Positions 1 to 11,509 of a stretch of 64,000 nucleotides of DNA are shown in pieces. Location: contig OZ251228.1 in assembly GCA_965240325.2 (NCBI GenBank), positions 2,108,001-2,172,000 on the forward strand, written 5' to 3'. Each line of letters starts with the position of its first letter. Within the stretch, counting starts at the first letter, position 1. The notes under the pieces were generated by a model. That model saw only the letters and a program-made list of their open reading frames with translations, did not search any database and was not told the DNA's origin. The translations under genes and the position numbers were made by a program. The stretch is from Rebecca billardiae RCC1528 (Eukaryota; Protista; Haptophyta).

Positions 1-2541
1 CGCACGGAGAACGCGGAGAAGGCCCGGTGGCACATCACCGCGCACCTCGAGGCGTGGGACCGGCTGAACGCGAAGGTGAAGGAGAAGATCGACGAGCTGA
101 CCGAGGAGGCGCGCACGCGCGAGGCGTCGCTGGCCGAGGCCAAGCGCGAGCTCGCCGCGGCGACGGCCGACGCGAGCGCGCGCGCGGATGCGCTCGAGAA
201 GCACAAGGCGGACGCGGACGCGGAGCGGCTCGCGCGCGACGAGCAGCTGCGCGACCGCGCGGCTGAGATCGAGAAGCTCGACGAGAAGGTGGCGGCGCAG
301 GCGTGCGATCTCGACTCCGCGCGCGCCGAGGCACGCGACGCGCACGCCAAGTGCGCCGAGCAGGCCAAGCGGATCGAGGAGGCCGAGGCGGCGATGAAGA
401 CGGTTGCGGACGAGCTCGCAGCCGCGCGCGCGACGGCCGAGCGGCTCGACGTCGAGCTCAAGGCGTCGGTCGCGCAGCTGCAGCAGCGGAAGGACGAGAT
501 CGACGCGCTGCGCGCATCCGCCGACGACGCGAGCGCCGCGCACGCCACGCAGTGCGCCCAGGCCGACGCGCGGCTGCAGGACGCCAAGGCGCATGCGCAG
601 CAGCTGCTCGACGCGCATGCGCGCGAGCGCGCGCTGCTCACTGAGAAGCTCGATGACGCGGCCTCGAAGGGCGACGAGGCGCGCTCGAAGCTCGAGCAGC
701 TGACGACGCAGTTCGAGAGCGAGCAGGCCAAGCACCGCGAGCTGCGCGCCGCGTTTGACCGCCTCGCCGGCGCGGACAAGGAGCGCGCCGAGCTCGCAGA
801 GCGGCTGCGCGCGGCGCAGGAGGCGGGGCAGCAGGCCGTCATCAGCGCCAAGGCGGAGGCCGCGGCCGCGCAGCACGAGCTCGGGTCGAGCCGGGCGTAC
901 GGGAAGGAGCGCGATACGGAGCTGCGCAAGGCGGAGGGCGCGCGCAGCGGGCTCGAGACCCAGCTCGACCGCGCGCGGCAGGACCTCGAGAGCGCCCATG
1001 CCGAGCTCAAGACTGCGAAAGCCGAGGCGGCAGATGCGCGCGAGCAGCTGGCGGCCATGCGCGCCAAGCTCGATGCGGCGGAGCGCGCGCGCAAGGAGCA
1101 GCTCGAGGAGATCCAGGCGCACAAGCGCAAGCTGGACGAGCGCGCTGACGAGCTCACGGGCGCGCAGGGCGAGATCAAGCGCCTCAAGACCGACCTCGAG
1201 CACACCGCCAAGGCCAAGCTCGAGGCCGCGCAGCGCGCGTCAGACTCGGAGCGCGCAGGCGCGGAGACGGCCAAGAAGCTGACGGCGATGCAGAAGAAGC
1301 GCGATGACGTGCAGTCCAAGCTGGAGAAGGCGAAGGAGGACGGGAAGGCGAGCCTGGCCAAGCTGAAGGAGAAGGACGAGCTCGCCAAGGAGGCCGAGCG
1401 ACGGCGCGAAGCCGCCGAGGACGGGCAGCGCAAGGCGAGCACGGCGGCGAGCGAGGCGCGCGAGCAGCTGCAGGGCGCGCACGAGAAGGCGGTGCGCGCG
1501 CTCGAGGCCAAGCTGAGCGCCGCCGAGGCGACGAAGAAGGAGCTCGAGCAGAAGTACGCGGCGGAGTGCGAGCAGAGCCAGAAGCACCGCTCCGACAGCA
1601 CTTCGCTCGAGCTGCGCGCGAAGGAGTCCGAGGAGAAGCTCGCCGCCGCATGCGGCGATCTCGCCAAGCTCCAGGCGGAGCACGAGAAGCTTCAGTCGCT
1701 CGTCGAGGAGAACAATGGCAAGCTCGTCGCGGCCGGCGAGAGAATCATGCAGCTCAACAGGCAGGAGACCAAGAAGGACGAGGAGGTCGGCACGCTCATG
1801 CGCAAGCTCGAGCAGGCGGAGCTGCGCGGGCAGACGCCGGACTCGCGCGCGGCCTCCGACCCCGGCGGCGGCACCACGCCGTCCGCGTCCACGCCGGCGT
1901 GGGCTGGGGCCGCGCAGCCGCCGGGCGCGCCGATCGACACCCTGGCCGGCGGCGGCGAGCAGCTCAGCTCGCCGGCAGCGAACGTCGACGACATCGACGC
2001 GGTTCCCGAGGCGACGCCGCGCGCGGCGCCTCGCGCGGCCGCCGACGCCCACCCCGAGCCCTCGCCGTGGACGCAGGCCGCGCTGACGCGCGTGCCCACA
2101 CCGCCGAGCAGGGCGGCTGGCCATCCGCCGGGAGCGGCCGATGCGCCCACGGCCGCGGCCGTCCCTCCGCCTGTGCCGTCCTCGCAGCCAGCTGCGCGCC
2201 GCGGGCAGCAGCCGCGCGGCACGAAGCCGACGGGCCTCGCCCTTGGCGGGGCGCGCGGCAGCAGGTCGCGCGCAGCTGCGCCTGACCACGCGGGCAGCGG
2301 CGTCGCCAAGCCGCCCATCGCGAAGGGTGCTCGTCGGGCGGCCGCGCGCGGCTCGCACGCGACGCCCTCGTCTGGCGCACGCCGCCATCTCTGCGCAGAC
2401 GACGCTGCGCGGGCAGCGGCGCACAAGGAGAAGGTCGAGCAGAACACGGACGGCCTGGTCCTCGACATCTTCATGCGCGGCGCGGTGGTGGGGAACGAGC
2501 CGCTGGTCGAGGATGAGTTTGCCTTCGCGCAGAGCTCGTAA
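1..2541 (+). CDS. Long coiled-coil protein with low-complexity Pro/Ala-rich C-terminus (5' partial)
   Basis: Frame is open from base 1 (RTENAEKARWHITAHLEAWDRLNAKVKEK...) to TAA at 2539-2541. About 580 aa of E/K/A/L/R heptad-like sequence with strong GC3 bias. Confidence 0.8.
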   Translation, partial: RTENAEKARWHITAHLEAWDRLNAKVKEKIDELTEEARTREASLAEAKRELAAATADASARADALEKHKADADAERLARDEQLRDRAAEIEKLDEKVAAQACDLDSARAEARDAHAKCAEQAKRIEEAEAAMKTVADELAAARATAERLDVELKASVAQLQQRKDEIDALRASADDASAAHATQCAQADARLQDAKAHAQQLLDAHARERALLTEKLDDAASKGDEARSKLEQLTTQFESEQAKHRELRAAFDRLAGADKERAELAERLRAAQEAGQQAVISAKAEAAAAQHELGSSRAYGKERDTELRKAEGARSGLETQLDRARQDLESAHAELKTAKAEAADAREQLAAMRAKLDAAERARKEQLEEIQAHKRKLDERADELTGAQGEIKRLKTDLEHTAKAKLEAAQRASDSERAGAETAKKLTAMQKKRDDVQSKLEKAKEDGKASLAKLKEKDELAKEAERRREAAEDGQRKASTAASEAREQLQGAHEKAVRALEAKLSAAEATKKELEQKYAAECEQSQKHRSDSTSLELRAKESEEKLAAACGDLAKLQAEHEKLQSLVEENNGKLVAAGERIMQLNRQETKKDEEVGTLMRKLEQAELRGQTPDSRAASDPGGGTTPSASTPAWAGAAQPPGAPIDTLAGGGEQLSSPAANVDDIDAVPEATPRAAPRAAADAHPEPSPWTQAALTRVPTPPSRAAGHPPGAADAPTAAAVPPPVPSSQPAARRGQQPRGTKPTGLALGGARGSRSRAAAPDHAGSGVAKPPIAKGARRAAARGSHATPSSGARRHLCADDAARAAAHKEKVEQNTDGLVLDIFMRGAVVGNEPLVEDEFAFAQSS

Positions 2542-2705
2542 CGAGTCGGCCTGGCAGGGGCACCGCCAGTCTAGCGAGTATAGTCCCGCCGCGTCCACTG
2601 CCACGCCGCACGCGGGCACGCGGGCTCGGGCTGTCGCGGCGGGCATACTGTGACAGTTGGCGGGCGTCAATCTCGCCTGCCTGAGCTGTGTGCGTCTCTT
2701 ACAGT

Positions 2706-4678
2706 ATAACTCACTCGGTAGACCCACATGAGAGTAGATTGAGGTGGGGGCCGCGTTGATAAACGCGTGAGGTGACTAGGTCACACCCCCGAAGCCGTCC
2801 AGGATGCGACGCCGACCAGAAAGGACTCGCCGATGCATTCGAGCAACTACGCCGACAGAAGCCGACCGCCTAGACGCCGAAGAGGAAGTACTCGATGGAG
2901 CACGTAGATAGACCGCAGGCGCTGGCAGCCGACGCCCTCCCCCAACGCAAGTTTGGGCCGAGCGCGGCGCCGCAGGGGGCAGAGGCCTCGAGGGCCTCCA
3001 CCCTCGAGGGCCTCCACCCCCCCCCGACACCGCGCGCACCCAGGCCATGCCCACCCAGCAACCAGCCGGGTGGGAGGGCAGGGAGAAACAACTCCCAGAG
3101 GAGGGGCAGCCACCAGCGCCGCGGTGACCCAGCAGCCACGCCGGCCGCCGAGCCGCGGATGCAGCCAGCGAGCGCGCGCAGAGAGGCGCATCGCTTGCCA
3201 AGCTACTGCGCGGATCCGCGCCCACCCCCTGTCCGGGCCTGGCTCGGCTTGACGACCGGAAAACCTTCGGGCAGCCGGACCCGGGCTGCCAGCCCGCCCT
3301 CATGAGGGCTACCGGTGAGTTATACCCGCATAACCGAGCGGTTATACAACCATAACTCACTCGGTAGACCCACATGAGAGTAGATTGAGGTGGGGGCCGC
3401 GTTGATAAACGCGTGAGGTGACTAGGTCACACCCCCGAAGCCGTCCAGGATGCGACGCCGACCAGAAAGGACTCGCCGATGCATTCGAGCAACTACGCCG
3501 ACAGAAGCCGACCGCCTAGACGCCGAAGAGGAAGTACTCGATGGAGCACGTAGATAGACCGCAGGCGCTGGCAGCCGACGCCCTCCCCCAACGCAAGTTT
3601 GGGCCGAGCGCGGCGCCGCAGGGGGCAGAGGCCTCGAGGGCCTCCACCCAGAAGGAGGTGTGGAATGCCACACCCCGTAGGGGTGGTGGCCGGGGGCCCG
3701 AAGAGGCCGAGGCCGCCGAAGGGGTAGCGCGAGGACCGAAGGCGGCCGAGGCCCAGAGGGGCTCCCCGCAGGATTGTGTGAGGACGAACCCGACGGTAAG
3801 TGCGACGAGTAGGCACAAAGACATGCGCGGCGGCGGCGGCGCAGGCGGGAAGCAGGCGCGAGACACGCACGCGCACGCGTAGCGTCAGATAAGGTAGCAG
3901 GTCGCATCCCCACACACAGCAGTGCACTGCAGACTGCAGAGGAGGCGGCAGAGAAGGAGAGAGCAGCACCCACCCGCCAGGCGATGAAGGCAAGCGAGAC
4001 TGCGAAGCGTGAGAAGATTGCAGACGGGGACGCCTGGGAGCGGTTCCGAGGCGCCCCCATCGAAAGCAGAGCATGCGGAGATTGCAGACGGGGACGCCTC
4101 GAAGCGGTTCCGAGGCGCCCCCATCGAAAGCAGAGCATGAGAAGATTGCAGACGGGGACGCCCCGAAGCGGTTCCGAGGCGCCCCCATCGAAAGCAGAGC
4201 ATGGGACGATTGCAGACGGGGACGCCTCGAAGCGGTTCCGAGGCGCCCCCATCGAAAGCAGAGAGCACCCGGAGGGGTCCGAGGTGCCCTCGCAGCGAGC
4301 AGAAGCGACAGACAGCCCGATCGCGCGTTGGCAGCAAGCAGGGCAGGTGCACGAGTGGAGAGAGCGAGGGCTGAGGGCGGCCTACCGCCGACGCACACGC
4401 ACCTGGAAGAAACAACTCCCAGAGGAGGGGCAGCCACCAGCGCCGCGGTGACCCAGCAGCCACGCCGGCCGCCGAGCCGCGGATGCAGCCAGCGAGCGCG
4501 CGCAGAGAGGCGCATCGCTTGCCAAGCTACTGCGCGGATCCGCGCCCACCCCCTGTCCGGGCCTGGCTCGGCTTGACGACCGGAAAACCTTCGGGCAGCC
4601 GGACCCGGGCTGCCAGCCCGCCCTCATGAGGGCTACCGGTGAGTTATACCCGCATAACCGAGCGGTTATACAACCATA
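2706..4678 (+). mobile_element. Head-to-tail pair of non-autonomous elements with asymmetric terminal inverted repeats and 3' hairpin (Helitron2/Helentron/Replitron-like)
   Basis: Block A 2706-3003 = 3352-3649; block B 3084-3354 = 4408-4678. The 5' end ATAACTCACTCGGTAGACCCACATGAG is an imperfect inverted repeat of the subterminal CTCATGAGGGCTACCGGTGAGTTAT, which is followed by hairpin ATAACCG-AG-CGGTTAT. ATA is shared at both outer ends and at the junction. Confidence 0.65.
4012..4263. repeat. Four-copy ~64-bp tandem repeat inside the second element copy
   Basis: GATTGCAGACGGGGACGCCTCGAAGCGGTTCCGAGGCGCCCCCATCGAAAGCAGAGCAT repeated 4x with few substitutions. Confidence 0.9.
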
Positions 4679-4687
4679 TTCTTAGTA

Positions 4688-5320
4688 CAGGGGGGTCCAG
4701 ATGGTGGGCCCCACTTTGGCGGTGGCTGGCCAGGTAGTGCGGCACGTCCGTGCCTCTGGACGGGCATTGAGCGGTGGCGAGGTCGCCAAATGGCGTGGCG
4801 TGGTCCCAGACAAGGTTGTTACTAGTCCTGATCAGCTTGCTAGCCATGCCGGTCGTTGATCACCCTGCCGTTGACAGGCGCGCACACGCTAAACGTATTC
4901 GCACGGCAGCCGTGTCGGACGGCGGTCGCACGACTACCGGGCAGCCAACCTTGCTCGTCCGATCCACGGCTTGTAGGGTCAGATGGACCATTGCCAGGCA
5001 TGCACCGTCGCAATGCATGCTCCAGAGGGCAGTATGACCGTCAGAACGGTGATCCTGGCCGCTACCTGCCCATCCTTCTCATGCGCAACCTCACCGGCGC
5101 GCCGGTCGTACGGGGTCGTGGACGTGGACGTGAGAGTGGTCGAAAAGTCGGAAGGGAAGCTGTCACTCACGCACACGCGCTCGTACGGCGACGCCGACCT
5201 GCCTACGCCACGCCCCAGTGACCGGGCCGTGGCGCTGGGGCCTTAGATCGCGTTGGGACGGGCATTCACGCCCGCCATGGCTTCCCTTCCGAAGTGGGAA
5301 ACTTCATCTGGCCCCCCCTG
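4688..5320. mobile_element. Tc1/mariner-type MITE with TA target-site duplication
   Basis: TA|CAGGGGGGTCCAGATG...CCACTTTGG at left and CCGAAGTGGG...CATCTGGCCCCCCCTG|TA at right give an imperfect ~32-bp TIR. No transposase ORF. Confidence 0.8.
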
Positions 5321-5567
5321 TAAACTGTAGTGATTAGTGTATTACTATTAGCGATCACTCACTCGGCTACTATTCGTCAGCAAGCACTGTCGTCATTGAC
5401 ATTATTCAAATCACAGACGATCATCGTCGGACGCACGGCGGTCGGAACTCGGTCTGTCTCGGATCGACATCAGCCACTTGTTAGTCGGTAGTGACATACG
5501 ATCGATTACGACGGACGACCTACTATATAGTACTGAGTAACTACTGTTATATATATCTTGCTGACTC

Positions 5568-5595
5568 TGACGCCTGCCCGTTGCATACCACGTCG

Positions 5596-5635
<40 letters not shown>

Positions 5636-5922
5636 AATATACCATGAAAAGTCGACGGGGTAGCCGTTACCGAATCGGAGGCGCTCCAATAGGAGGCGTA
5701 GGGTGTTCACCCGCCGTGAGCGCACTAATAAGCGTGGAATGGTTAGGGTGTGGACATAGAGAATTCGCCGCTCGCAAGTTACCGAATCGGAGGCGCTCCA
5801 ATAGGAGGCGTAGGGTGTTCACCCGCCGTGAGCGCACTAATAAGCGTGGAATGGTTAGGGTGTGGACATAGAGAATTCGCCGCTCGCAAGCGGCACCCTA
5901 TCTATATCTATATCTATATCTA

Positions 5923-5977
<55 letters not shown>

Positions 5978-6002
5978 CGCCTGCCCGTTGCATACCACGT
6001 CG

Positions 6003-6042
<40 letters not shown>

Positions 6043-6044
6043 TA

Positions 6045-6084
<40 letters not shown>
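5568..6084. repeat. (TA)n-embedded composite repeat, left copy
   Basis: TGACGCCTGCCCGTTGCATACCACGTCGTTAA at ~5568 and ~5974, each followed by (TA)n. The unit TATACCATGAAAAGTCGACG...GCCGCTCGCAAGCGGCACCCTA spans ~5638-5900 and has an internal 111-bp tandem duplication. Confidence 0.85.
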
Positions 6085-6087
<3 letters not shown>

Positions 6088-8048
6088 TAAACTTTTCTGA
6101 GGATAGCGCACCAGCAATTTCCCTTGACCGCCATCCGGGCCGAAGTGGCGCAAAATGGCGGTTGCCCCGTTTGGGCGCCCTTCCGCGCCTTCGAGCGGCT
6201 CGTGCGCGTCGGGAAGTGCGCCGAAGCGTATCCGGAGCATGCTCCATCGACGCGTCGCACTGCCGGGCCCTCGCATGCGAGCCCATGCCGACGTCTGAGT
6301 GCGCCTCGCTGCGCACGGTACAGCTTGACGGTACACGGCACGATTCGGCCGCGAGCAGCCTCGTGCGCGCGACCGAGCCAGAGGTGGTCGTCGAGAGTAG
6401 CACGAGCGGCGGCACACAAGCGGGCCTGGTCGTTGCCGAATATCTGACGCACCAATCGACCTCGCCCAGCGCCATCTGCTCGTTTGCGCACGTGTCGGAA
6501 AGAATGCGCAGCTGCCTGCAAACGCCGAGCGCGCAGATGAGGCGTGGGCGAGCGAAGGGGCGGCGAGGGCCGGCGCGTGCGCGCGCGTAAATTCGAGCCT
6601 CCCCATACGCATCGAAACACACCGCGCTCGCTCGTCGAGCTGCGCACGGGTATCGGTGCGCGCGCGCCAACGCGGCGCGCCGTGAACGCGCCCGGCGAAT
6701 GCACACCTGCTCGCGCGCGCACGCGCACGTGATGGACCGAGGAGGCCGCGCGAGCATGCGCGATGTGTCTGGATGGAGCGTGTAGGAGGTGTAGGCTGCG
6801 CTCCGCACGCGCTCCGCCACCGTGCACCGCGCTGCCCCTCGTCCACGCGATCGCCGCCGAGCCCAGATTCAAACGCGCGCGAGCGCTCGAGCGCACCTCC
6901 GGGCAGCAGTCGCAGCTATCGTGACGAAGGCGTGGCGAGAGGCAGATGTGCATGGCAAGTATCGTCATGGTGGTGCCCATCACGCGCACACTCTCGCGCA
7001 TGCTCGCTGCACCACCTCGTCGCGCCCACGTGCAGCGCGCGGGGCGCGCTTCGTGCCCGGAGCAGCGGCGGAGCGGCTGCCGCGCGCAGTGCGCGCGGCG
7101 AGTAGGGCTCAGCCAATGGTCCGAGGGCGAGCCGGCCGAGCGTCGTGCGTGACGCACACGGACCTGGTGCAACGCCGCGTACCACTCGCAGCCACCATCG
7201 CGCCCGTACCAGCGAGCTGTGGCCGCCGCCGACACCCCAAAGCAGCCCAGCCGTCAGCGCGCGACAGCCGACGAGCGCGCGACGCGCGCGTGCACCACCG
7301 TGATGAGCACGGATGAGCGCGCGCGCCCGTGTCGTAGCTCAGGTGGGGTCCCCCGATCGCACGCACCACCGCGCTGCCACGCCTTCGACCATCTTGTGTC
7401 ACCACGCGGGCACACGCCGGGCAGGCGGCGGGGCAGCCCGCTCGGCAAACGGTCAGCGCGCAGCGAGGATGGAGTCCGGCGAGGGGCGACCGGAGTGTCC
7501 GGCGCGACGGAGGTGGTCCACGCCGTGGTCGCCGACGCGTTCCTCACCACCTCCGAGGCCGTGGTGGCCGCCCGGGAGAAGGAATGCTCCCAGTCGCACC
7601 CTTTGCAGTGCTCCTTTGCGCGTGCACGCAACGGCGAGGAGCGGAAGCGTTAGAGGGCACTTTTTGTGCAGTTCAGGCGTTCTTTCCCCAAAATGTAGAA
7701 TGCGCGGAGAAGTGCCCTCTAACGATTTTCGTGTGCAGCCGTGCCGCGCGCGCGAGGAAGGCCACATGCGGCTCCTTGCACATCTGCTGCAGATCGGCTC
7801 GTGCTCGGCGAGCGCGGCGAGGAGGAAGGTGCGCGCTCGCGAGCTGGCGCACCTGGGAGTCCTCGCGGCCTCCGAGCAGAAAGAGCGCGTCGAGCGCAAC
7901 GCCGCAGGTCGCACGGTCGCGATCTCGCGAGAGCGGTGGTGCGAGGGCGGGCCTCGCCATCGCGCGTTTCTGCGTCCAAACGCGGCCTCCGTAAAATCCG
8001 GATGGCGGTCAAGGGATTTTGCTGGTGCGCTATCCTCAGAAAAGTTTA
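6088..8048. mobile_element. Non-autonomous TIR element (~1.96 kb, 51-bp TIRs)
   Basis: TAAACTTTTCTGAGGATAGCGCACCAGCAATTTCCCTTGACCGCCATCCGG (6088-6138) matches the reverse complement of 7998-8048 with 2 mismatches. No recognisable transposase. Confidence 0.8.
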
Positions 8049-8057
8049 CACATATAA

Positions 8058-8449
<392 letters not shown>

Positions 8450-8751
8450 TGTGAGTCTGACTGGCCCGACCGTCCGCACGTCGATCGGCCTCAGCACGTG
8501 CCGCACGTCATCATCATCGTCGGAGTGATGACACTCCCAGTCTTAGGAGTCACGGACCCGACGGCGACAGCGAGCGCGAAGGCGGGCAGTCTGATGGTGA
8601 ATGGCGGCGGAGCATACGTGTGCACGCGCAGGCGGCAGGGGCGGTGCCCGGCAGGGCGCCTCTGCGGCGCGGATGCGGACGGCCATGCACTGGCAGGCGG
8701 CAGCGCGGCGAATCATGCGGTGCGGCGCGCATGTACAGGACGCGGCATCGC

Positions 8752-9408
8752 TCAGTCGTCTCCCTGCACCACGCTGGAGCCCGCGTGGGCCAGGCTGACG
8801 GCCGCGTCACGTAGGAAGCGCTGCCTCAGCGGGGCAATGAGGGGCATGGCGAGGGCCCCGAGCAATCCGCTTGGCTGTGCAACTGAGGCGACGCGGACGG
8901 TCACGCGGCCGGCGCGGTCGATGGACACGTCGAACGCCTCCTGCCCGCGTAGCAAGTGGCCGCGAAGGGTGCCGTAGGCGAGCGTCGTGCGCATCGGGGC
9001 GCGCTCGAGCGCAATCACCCGGCACGGGTTGAGGCTCCAGGCACAGCCGTAGCAGTTCACGACGGTCGCGAGCGTGCCATTGAGCTGCGGTCTGCCGCCT
9101 CGGAAGGCGATCGACGCCCATGCGATGCCCGTGAGCAGTGACCCAGACTCGAGCAGCTCACACGTGCGCGCATACACGCTCCGCCCGCCGCGCGGAGCTG
9201 TGACGACGTGCGCGCGACCGACGTATCGCCGAGGCGTGCGGCCCTGCTGGATGTACTGCTCGACCAGCTTGGGCGACCGCTCCCCGTTGAGGCCGACGTC
9301 GAGCTGCGCATCCAGGTAGTGACGCACGCCATCGGAGGTCGGCCGTCGCGCACGCAGCGCAGGGAAGGCGGCGAGGCAGATGGCCGCCACCACCACGATC
9401 GCCGGCAT
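8752..9408 (-). CDS. DUF1990/UPF0548-like protein with N-terminal signal or anchor
   Basis: WSLNPCRVI...[35 protein letters not shown] resembles the DUF1990 GTLxGHxxxGEExF signature. First ATG is at 9408 ([15 protein letters not shown]). Confidence 0.75.
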   Translation of the reverse strand: MPAIVVVAAICLAAFPALRARRPTSDGVRHYLDAQLDVGLNGERSPKLVEQYIQQGRTPRRYVGRAHVVTAPRGGRSVYARTCELLESGSLLTGIAWASIAFRGGRPQLNGTLATVVNCYGCAWSLNPCRVIALERAPMRTTLAYGTLRGHLLRGQEAFDVSIDRAGRVTVRVASVAQPSGLLGALAMPLIAPLRQRFLRDAAVSLAHAGSSVVQGDD

Positions 9409-9789
9409 TGTGCCGAGAGCACCAACCGATAGCAGCAAATCCAGCAATAATAATGACTAGAGAGTGAGTTGCAGCCGCCGCTGCACGCCGGCGGGGCGGC
9501 AGCTTCACGAATCACGACCACCTTCAGACGTTGATAGCCGGGTGCAGACAGCGCGCTGCAGACTCGGCACTCGCTGATGCAGACGACGCCGCCGTGCGCA
9601 CGTGCCAGCCCTGAGGACTTCGTCTTAAATGAACTGCTCAGATTGATGGTTAGCTGGCAGCCGCAGCGTCATACTTGAGACAGCTGACGGTCGTCATATC
9701 ATCGTCAAGGTGCCGAGCTGCTGCCGCCACGGTCCCGAGTGCTGCGGACGCTGGGGCGGGTGGCGGGTGCAGCCTGCGTTGACAACTGC

Positions 9790-10330
9790 GCAGGGCACGC
9801 ATCAAGCGCGCGCCCCTACTGTCTACTGAGCCTGACACCGTGTATGTAGGGCTGGTGGACGGCCGTACTGAACACTTGCAGGCGACGCCCGGTGCGCAGT
9901 AATCCAGTCGAGCAACACTGATTCGGCGCACCGCCGTCGAGAGTTCGGCAGCAGCAGGGGCAGGCAGCCAGGTGCCAACCGCGCAGGGCACGGCACGCAT
10001 CAAGCGCGCGCGCCGACTGAGCCTCGGACCGTAGGGCTGGTGGACGGCCGTAAACACTTGCAGGCGAGGCCCGGTGCGCACATCCAGTCGAGCAACACTG
10101 ATCGGCGCGCCGCCGTCGAGAGTTGCAGCAGCAGGGGCAGGCAGCCAGGTGCCAACCGCGCAGGGCACGGCACGCATCAAAACAGTTGCAGGCGAGGCCC
10201 GGTGCGCAGATCCAGTCGAGCAACGCGGACGGCGGCGCGCCACTCCGTCGAGAGATGTAGAGAGTTGCAACCGCCGGGGCAGGTCGTTAGGTGACAACCG
10301 CGCAGGACACGCATCAAGCGTGCGCCTCCT
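9790..10330. repeat. Degenerate ~180-bp tandem repeat (possible decayed LRR-coding fragment)
   Basis: GCACGCATCAAGCGCG, CACTTGCAGGCGAGGCCCGGTGCGCA and TCCAGTCGAGCAAC each recur about three times at roughly 130-190-bp spacing. Confidence 0.65.
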
Positions 10331-10898
10331 GAGCGCCGGGCAGGAGAGCGGCCGTGATCAGTTGCAAGCGACGCCCGTCGTGAGGATCACTCGATCACTC
10401 GTCGAGCCGTCGGGATCACTCGTCGAGTGTTACAGATCGGTCATCCGGGAACCCGGTCGTGAGGTGCAGGCGAGGTGCAGGTGGAGGACGGCCGTCGACA
10501 GTTGCAGGTGACAGGGCGTGAACATCTTGCTCACACATCACCCCGACGGTCCACACCCTCGGTCGCAGCCCCGCGGCGCCCGCGGTGGCATCTCGACCTC
10601 CCGTCACGGCGGTCAGCATGGCCCGAGCGGGCCCCTCTTGACGAGCGAGTATCATCGTCGCGGTGCTGTTCAAATGATGAGCCGCCTATATTAACTTGAG
10701 TCGCGTCGGCTGTAATCGATCGACGGACCCTGATTGGCTTTCCATGTTTCGTCGAGAAGATTTTTCCCTCGAACGATCAACTACTCGAGTGAAAAACATG
10801 TTACAATCATCGCGAAGCCATCACTCGAAACGCGTACTCCGATTCTTGTTTGTCGAGACCAATACGTGCGAGGACTGTCCCAACCGCAAGCACCTTGG

Positions 10899-11035
10899 GT
10901 AAAAATTGCCGAAACGATGGTTTGACGAGTAAAACCCGCCGAACCGATGATTTTTCGGAGTAAACACCGTCGAACCGTTGGTTTGACGAGTAAAAACAGC
11001 CGAACCGATGGTTTTTCATAGAGAAAACTCCGAAT
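10899..11035. repeat. ~30-bp tandem repeat (4+ copies, alternating A/B variants)
   Basis: CCGAAMCGATGGTTT...GAGTAAA units start at 10909, 10939, 10970, 11000 and (partial) 11030. Confidence 0.8.
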
Positions 11036-11509
11036 TGTGGGCATTTTCTTATGCTCACGCAACCTGCCGCGCAGATTCACTTTACACGATTAAGTAGAGT
11101 AGATTCGTCGTGGCCGGACCGGACTCACGGTATTTTTAGACAATCGGCCCGGGTGAGGGCTGTCCATATACCGTTGCAACTTCTAATATTCATCACTTGC
11201 CGCGCGACTTGAACAACGCTAACCCACGCAGGTATACCGTTAGCTTTCAGAAAACGTCAATGAAGGAGCTGCCGTGCCTCTGATACCCAACTGGCCAACT
11301 GTGACCCAACCTCGTCAAATTATTTCAAACACTTTTGCATACGCGGCTCTCATTTCGGCAACCCGGTTACCCCGTATACTGAGATTGTGTTTGAAGCACA
11401 AGGGAGATAGCGTATCTCACCAAGTAATATTGCAGATTCCACCACCCCAGCACAATAACTATAATGCGATCTCCCACCTGAGCAACCTGCCGCGGCCGCC
11501 CGCCCACCC

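Noticed and set aside
4012-4263. 64-bp periodic repeat as a CRISPR array
   Set aside because: The whole unit is repeated with no variable spacer; it is a minisatellite within a mobile element.
5735-5755. GGTTAGGG / CCCTAACC as a telomerase RNA template or telomeric seed
   Set aside because: Only 8 nt, inside a multi-copy repeat, with no other supporting telomerase RNA features.
10899-11035. 30-bp periodic repeats resembling a CRISPR array
   Set aside because: Units are contiguous with no unique spacers, no cas genes are present, and the context is eukaryotic.
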